Under the pieces are notes generated by a model. That model was given only the letters and a program-made list of their open reading frames with translations. It was not told the DNA's origin and made no database searches. The translations under genes were made by a program, and so were the position numbers. This document shows, in pieces, positions 48,416 to 52,972 of a DNA stretch of 52,972 nt (position 1 is the stretch's first letter; every line of letters begins with the position of its first letter). The stretch is from Verrucomicrobiota bacterium (GTDB lineage: Bacteria; Verrucomicrobiota; Verrucomicrobiia; Limisphaerales; UBA9464), in assembly GCA_039796015.1 (NCBI GenBank), contig JBDKKQ010000093.1:1-52972 (forward strand), written 5' to 3'.

Positions 48416-49678
48416 ATGGATAGTTTTTTGATCGAAGGCGGACTCCCCCTGAACGGAGAAGTGACCATCAGCGGCTCGAAGAACGCTGTGCTGCCCATTC
48501 TTGCGGCAACGTTGCTCACCTCTGAAACCTGCATCATCCGTCGGGTGCCCGACCTGAGCGACGTTGGTTTCATGCTTAAGATCCTTCAGTCCCTCGGAGC
48601 CGAGGTGACTCAGGACGGTAGCACTTTGACCATTCGAGCCGCGAACATCTCCGGCCGCGGTGATTACGAATTGATCCGCAAGATGCGGGGATCGATCTGC
48701 ATTCTTGGGCCTCTTTTGGCACGCCTGAAGGAGGCCGTGGTGTCGTTGCCGGGCGGTTGCGTGATCGGCACGCGCCCCATCGACTTGCACCTCAAGGGGT
48801 TGCGGGGTCTGGGTGCTCAGGTTGAGGTGGAAGCCGGCTATGTGCGGGTGCATGCCTCGCGTTTGGAAGGTCAGATGATCTTCCTCGGCGGTCGCGTGGG
48901 TCCCACGGTTTTAGGAACAGCCAACTTGATGATGGCCGCCACACTGGCTGTCGGCATCACCGTCATCGAGAGTGCCGCCTGCGAGCCCGAAGTGGTGGAT
49001 CTGGCCGACTTCCTCATTTCCATGGGGGCGAAGATTACCGGCGCGGGCAGTCCTACGATCACCATCCACGGGGTGAAGGAGCTACACGGTGCCGATCACG
49101 AAGTCATCGCCGACCGTATCGAGGCCGGCACCTTCGCGGCCGTGGCTGCGGCGACGGGCGGTGAAGTTATTTTGCGCGGGGCCCGCGCCGATCACCTCGG
49201 AGCAGTCCTGGACAAGCTCCAAGAGGCCGGTGCGGAGATTCGCCGGGGGGCTGGAATGTTGACGGTCCGGGGTACGGGTTCCATCAAGCCCATCGACATC
49301 ACCACCATGCCGTACAGCGGCTTCCCCACCGACATGCAGGCCCAACTAATGGCCTTGGCCTGTCAGGCTCCGGGGACGAGCATTATTACCGAGCGCATCT
49401 TCGAGTCCCGATTCATGCATGCCTCAGAACTCATGCGTCTGGGTGCAGATATTGCCATCGAGGGCCCCAGTGCCATCGTCAAAGGAGGGCGACCTCTGAG
49501 TGGTGCTCCGGTCATGGCCTCTGATCTTCGGGCGTCGGCGGCGCTGGTCATCGCTGGGCTTGCAGCCAAGGGCAGCACTCAAGTTCACCGAGTCTATCAT
49601 TTGGATCGCGGCTATGAGCGTATGGAGCTGAAACTCCAGAAGCTTGGGGCTCGGATTCAGAGAATTCCCGGGGAGTAA
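48416..49678 (+). CDS. murA: UDP-N-acetylglucosamine 1-carboxyvinyltransferase
   Basis: MDSFLIEGGLPLNGEVTISGSKNAVLPILAATLL and the active-site loop LPGGCVIGTRPIDLHL. Full-length MurA, 420 aa. Confidence 0.96.
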   Translation: MDSFLIEGGLPLNGEVTISGSKNAVLPILAATLLTSETCIIRRVPDLSDVGFMLKILQSLGAEVTQDGSTLTIRAANISGRGDYELIRKMRGSICILGPLLARLKEAVVSLPGGCVIGTRPIDLHLKGLRGLGAQVEVEAGYVRVHASRLEGQMIFLGGRVGPTVLGTANLMMAATLAVGITVIESAACEPEVVDLADFLISMGAKITGAGSPTITIHGVKELHGADHEVIADRIEAGTFAAVAAATGGEVILRGARADHLGAVLDKLQEAGAEIRRGAGMLTVRGTGSIKPIDITTMPYSGFPTDMQAQLMALACQAPGTSIITERIFESRFMHASELMRLGADIAIEGPSAIVKGGRPLSGAPVMASDLRASAALVIAGLAAKGSTQVHRVYHLDRGYERMELKLQKLGARIQRIPGE

Positions 49679-49717
49679 GCGGCGGATCTTGGGGGTGGGT
49701 GATGAAGGGTGTGCTCC

Positions 49718-50128
49718 ATGAAATTCGTGCTGCTATTTTTGTTGGTGGCCACGGTGGGATTCGGTGTTTACCGGATCTCGCTGGTCTACCGTTCGATTCC
49801 CTCGGACGGGCAGGCCCGAGAACAGGCCCGTGAGAACGCTGCCCCAGTGGTGGGCGATGAATCCCTGCCCGCCCTGTCACCGCCGTTGGAGGCCTCGTTG
49901 GCGAGCGCCACGCAGGCCGGTCCGCAGGCGCTCCGTCAATGGCTCAACCAGAATGGGGCATGGGTTCCCGAGCCCCGATTATCGGCTATCCAATTGGACT
50001 ACGCGCAAATGCTAGTCCGCAACAACCCGGCCGAGGCCCGTCGGCTTTACGCCGCGGTGAAGGCACGAACGCCGGCCAACTCACCCTTGGCTTCCCGACT
50101 GAAGCAGCTTTCCCGAACGTTTGAGTGA
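49718..50128 (+). CDS. hypothetical membrane-anchored protein
   Basis: ATG at 49718 gives MKFVLLFLLVATVGFGVYRISL (N-terminal TM segment). The remainder is Ala/Pro-rich and helical-looking, with no motif I recognise. Confidence 0.5.
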   Translation: MKFVLLFLLVATVGFGVYRISLVYRSIPSDGQAREQARENAAPVVGDESLPALSPPLEASLASATQAGPQALRQWLNQNGAWVPEPRLSAIQLDYAQMLVRNNPAEARRLYAAVKARTPANSPLASRLKQLSRTFE

Positions 50129-50131
50129 TTC

Positions 50132-50611
50132 ATGGACATTGTTTTCAACTGCCCCCATTGCGGCCTCAGTCTCGAGGTCGACCAAGACGCCGCCGGTCAG
50201 CAATTCGACTGCCCGACCTGCCAAAAATCGGTGACCGTGCCGACTGCGGCAGCCGTACCGAACCAGACGGCTTTGACGGGGACCGCTGGCCCGACTCCGT
50301 CACCGCGTGATGAAAAACGCATGGCGGTTCCGGCCTCCCAGAAACCGATCGAGTCCCTCATCCAAAAGCCCAACAAGTCGCTGGAACTGGCGGCCAAGGA
50401 GTCAAAGCCGGGGATGCGGGTGAAGACCATCCGTCATTCCGACTGCAAGGAAGTCGGTAAGGACACGTTCGACGAAGTGGTTTCGGACTTTCTCAACAAG
50501 ATCGGCGATCAAGCCCTCGTGAGCATAACCCCCATTAACTACAGCTACCTCGATATCGCCACCCAGAAGCTCCTGGCCGACTTCGGGGTGATGGTGATTT
50601 ACCGGGGCTGA
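50132..50611 (+). CDS. zinc-ribbon domain protein, hypothetical
   Basis: N-terminal CPHC...(17 aa)...CPTC ribbon, a Pro/Ala linker, and a ~70-aa C-terminal globular-looking domain. It starts 4 nt after the upstream stop. Confidence 0.62.
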   Translation: MDIVFNCPHCGLSLEVDQDAAGQQFDCPTCQKSVTVPTAAAVPNQTALTGTAGPTPSPRDEKRMAVPASQKPIESLIQKPNKSLELAAKESKPGMRVKTIRHSDCKEVGKDTFDEVVSDFLNKIGDQALVSITPINYSYLDIATQKLLADFGVMVIYRG

Positions 50612-50664
50612 ATTTATCGGGGCTAAAGAAGCACCTCTCTGCCTTCCGCTCTAAATCCCGCACC

Positions 50665-51546
50665 ATGGGAGCTCCCGGTCTGACGCCCTGGCTGGTAATC
50701 GCTCTCCGGGTGATTTCCAACCCGTGCTCAAACGCCCTCCAAAAGGCCTTGGCCGGAGGAGGATGGCCGGCGCCGGTCCTGCTGGCCTTCACGCATGGGG
50801 TGCTCGGTCCGGTGGCTATGGTGATTTTGCTTCGGGCCGGCGATTCGCTGAGTTGGGTCTTTTGGTTGTGGAGCTTGCTGTCGGCCGCCCTGGCCGTGGC
50901 GGCCAATTGGCTCATCATTGAGGCTGTCCGGCGCTCGGACCTGTCCCTGTTGGGTCCCATCAACGCCTACAAGCCCTGGGTGAGCCTCGTTCCTGGTTGG
51001 TTCTTGCTGGGGGAACGGCCTGAGGGTTGGCAATGGGTGGGCATGGGATTGGTGTTTTTGGGCAGTCTTCTCCTGGGGGGAACGGGAGGTAGGAAGGGGC
51101 GTCCGTGGGAGCTGTTTCTGGATCGTGGTGTCCAGCTACGTTTTCTGGCCCTGGTATTTTCGGCGGCCGAGGCCGTGACATTGAAACGGGCGTTGGCAGT
51201 TTCTGATCCGGTACGGGCCTTTGCCGGATGGGTGCTGTTGGGTTTTCTGGTGGCTGCCCCGTTCGCTTGGAAAGCCCGCGCAGCCTGTCCCCAAGCCGGG
51301 ACCGTGGCCCTGGGTAGTTTGTCGGCTGGGTTGGCGCTCGCGTTGACGACGGGGCTGATGCAAGCCAGCACCTTTGTCGTCCTCGATCAGCTGCCGACAG
51401 GGATCGCATTGTCGTTCTTCCAGTTGTCCGCGGTGCTGAGCGTATTCTTGGGATGGGCCTTTTTTGGTGAGACTCAGTTTGCTCGCCGGCTGGCTGGAGC
51501 CTGCATCATGGCGCTGGGATCCGCGCTCCTCGTGGCGGCCCGATGA
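50665..51546 (+). CDS. EamA/DMT superfamily transporter
   Basis: About 10 hydrophobic segments in two similar halves over 293 aa. The composition is typical of drug/metabolite transporters. Confidence 0.75.
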   Translation: MGAPGLTPWLVIALRVISNPCSNALQKALAGGGWPAPVLLAFTHGVLGPVAMVILLRAGDSLSWVFWLWSLLSAALAVAANWLIIEAVRRSDLSLLGPINAYKPWVSLVPGWFLLGERPEGWQWVGMGLVFLGSLLLGGTGGRKGRPWELFLDRGVQLRFLALVFSAAEAVTLKRALAVSDPVRAFAGWVLLGFLVAAPFAWKARAACPQAGTVALGSLSAGLALALTTGLMQASTFVVLDQLPTGIALSFFQLSAVLSVFLGWAFFGETQFARRLAGACIMALGSALLVAAR

Positions 51547-51621
51547 ATTCCAGGCCCGAGGCCACGGTGTCGCGTTTCTCGGCGTGACAGACTGCCCGAC
51601 GTGTTGTTCATTGTGCGAAGC

Positions 51622-52236
51622 ATGAAACGAGTCCTTTTCGCGCTGGCCGCCGCGCTTCTCTGCGGCCTCGCCGTGTCTGCCGAAGACAAGGCTCCCACCA
51701 AAACTGACAAAAAAGAAACCCCAGTGAGCAACACCACCAACGAGGTCGCCGTCATCAAGACCGTTGCCGGCGACATGGTCATCGAGTTCTGGCCTGATGT
51801 GGCCCCGAAGACCGTCGAGAATTTCAAAACCCTGGCCAAGAAGGGCTTCTACGATGGCACCGCGTTCCACCGGATCATCAAGGGCTTCATGGTCCAGGGC
51901 GGCGATCCGCTAACCAAGGACGATACCAAGCAAAACCGCTGGGGCACCGGCGACCCGGGCTACAAGATCAAGGCCGAGTTCAACGAGCGCTCCCACAAGC
52001 GGGGTGTGATCTCTATGGCCCGGTCCCAGGATCCGGATTCTGCAGGCAGCCAGTTCTTCATCTGCCACGGCGACCCGAGCTTCTTGGATCGTCAGTACAC
52101 GGCCTTCGGCAAGCTCATCCAGGGCGACGACGTGCTGGAGAAGTTGGCCACCACTAAGGTTGGCTCCCAGGATCGTCCGGACAAGCGTCAGGGCGTGGAG
52201 AGCATCCAGATCGTGGATCGCGCCACCTTGAAGTAG
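51622..52236 (+). CDS. cyclophilin-type peptidyl-prolyl cis-trans isomerase, secreted
   Basis: Signal peptide MKRVLFALAAALLCGLAVSA, then FHRIIKGFMVQGGDP, SMARSQDPDSAGSQFFI and FGKLIQG. Confidence 0.93.
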   Translation: MKRVLFALAAALLCGLAVSAEDKAPTKTDKKETPVSNTTNEVAVIKTVAGDMVIEFWPDVAPKTVENFKTLAKKGFYDGTAFHRIIKGFMVQGGDPLTKDDTKQNRWGTGDPGYKIKAEFNERSHKRGVISMARSQDPDSAGSQFFICHGDPSFLDRQYTAFGKLIQGDDVLEKLATTKVGSQDRPDKRQGVESIQIVDRATLK

Positions 52237-52259
52237 TCTTAGCCTTTCGGAATACTTTG

Positions 52260-52299
52260 CGGCGGCTGGGGTCACTCCTTGCCGCCGTTTTTCTTTTTT
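52260..52299 (+). terminator. intrinsic terminator after the PPIase gene
   Basis: Stem CGGCGGC / GCCGCCG with a 14-nt loop, followed by TTTTTCTTTTTT. Confidence 0.75.
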
Positions 52300-52521
52300 G
52301 TGGAAGCTGAAACTCTCACCGCCATCACCACGATCCTTCAGGGGTTCGGGTGCCCGCCCGACAAATGCCCAGAGATGGCCCTGCAACTCCATCGACGCGC
52401 TGGCCAATTGTCTGAGGCTAAGGGGCGTTCCTACGAGGAGGCGCTTGGCCACTTGTTGCGGGCGATGGCTGGCGGTTGGGCTGCACAGTCCCAGGCGTCA
52501 ACGACTGATCCGCTGGCATGA
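52300..52521 (+). CDS. hypothetical small protein (73 aa if GTG 52300)
   Basis: Open frame whose TGA overlaps the ATG of the NUDIX gene (ATGA). The TTG start in the ORF track lies inside the terminator, so GTG 52300 or ATG 52375 is more plausible. Confidence 0.4.
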   Translation: MEAETLTAITTILQGFGCPPDKCPEMALQLHRRAGQLSEAKGRSYEEALGHLLRAMAGGWAAQSQASTTDPLA

Positions 52522-52972
52522 GTCCTGGAGATTCCAGCAGTGAGATCCGCTCGTGGCCGGATTTGGGAACCCACTCCTTGGGCGATTTTCGTATTTTCCA
52601 ACTCCGTTCGGTGAGGCGTCGCAGCCCGCGCAATGGGGTGGAGCGCGACTTCTACGTAATGGATTGTTCGGATTGGGTGAATGTCATCGCCATTACCGCA
52701 GAGAATGAACTGATTTTGGTAGAGCAGTTCCGGCATGGCGTTGCGGCGGTGGAATTAGAAGTTCCTGGCGGCATCATGGACCCAGGCGAGATCGATTCTG
52801 TGGCTGCTGGCCTTCGGGAATTGCGTGAAGAAACTGGCTACGTGGGCGACGGAGCCATCGAGATCGGTTGCGTGCTGCCCAATTCGGCCATCCAGAGCAA
52901 TCGGTGTCGAACGGTCTTGGTGCGGAATTGCCGGCGGGTCGGCGAGTTGGAGTTGGATGACTCCGAAGACAT
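52518..52972 (+). CDS. NUDIX hydrolase (ADP-ribose pyrophosphatase-like), 3' end cut by window edge
   Basis: My own translation from ATG 52518 gives MSPGDSSSEIRSWPDLG...VNVIAITAENELILVEQFRHG...EVPGGIMDPGEIDSVAAGLRELREETGY, containing the Nudix box GX5EX7REUXEEXGU. The frame stays open to the window end, so it is absent from the ORF track. Confidence 0.85.
   Translation, partial: MSPGDSSSEIRSWPDLGTHSLGDFRIFQLRSVRRRSPRNGVERDFYVMDCSDWVNVIAITAENELILVEQFRHGVAAVELEVPGGIMDPGEIDSVAAGLRELREETGYVGDGAIEIGCVLPNSAIQSNRCRTVLVRNCRRVGELELDDSED

Overview
GC-rich chromosomal window of about 53 kb. Its gene content looks like the PVC superphylum, most like Verrucomicrobiota: a PSCyt/DUF1549/DUF1553 + DUF1501 pair, a formylglycine sulfatase, a prepilin-type N-terminal protein, a Tat-signal Gfo/Idh/MocA oxidoreductase and an FG-GAP/ASPIC protein. 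The backbone is housekeeping. It carries the rplA-rplJ-rplL-rpoB-rpoC block (24.6-34.7 kb), dispersed one-carbon genes (metF, gcvT, purU, a short MetE-like methyltransferase), murA, prmC, a cyclophilin, a GH57 glucan-branching-type enzyme with its DUF4912 partner, a SNF2 helicase and a CotH-like protein. The only clearly accessory patch is 3.5-6.3 kb. It is a decayed type I restriction-modification / IS21 graveyard next to an initiator-like tRNA-Met, and an intact class-II Fic gene survives in it between two hsdR 5' remnants. The items I rate most worth follow-up are these. (1) A SIS-domain protein fused to an Arg/Glu/Asp-rich tail of about 220 aa ending in an RGG box. (2) A sulfatase sandwiched and translationally coupled between the DUF1553 and DUF1501 genes. 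(3) rplA detached from rplK, with a UUCG-hairpin leader and a 7-codon uORF overlapping its start. (4) A structured 147-nt rplJ-rplL spacer. (5) A 520-bp intergenic region (47.0-47.5 kb) built from a duplicated bipartite repeat plus an 11-bp inverted repeat. (6) A core-MetE-type gene directly behind purU. No CRISPR array, rRNA, intact transposase or integrase was seen. All calls come from reading the translations and sequence by eye; no database search was run.
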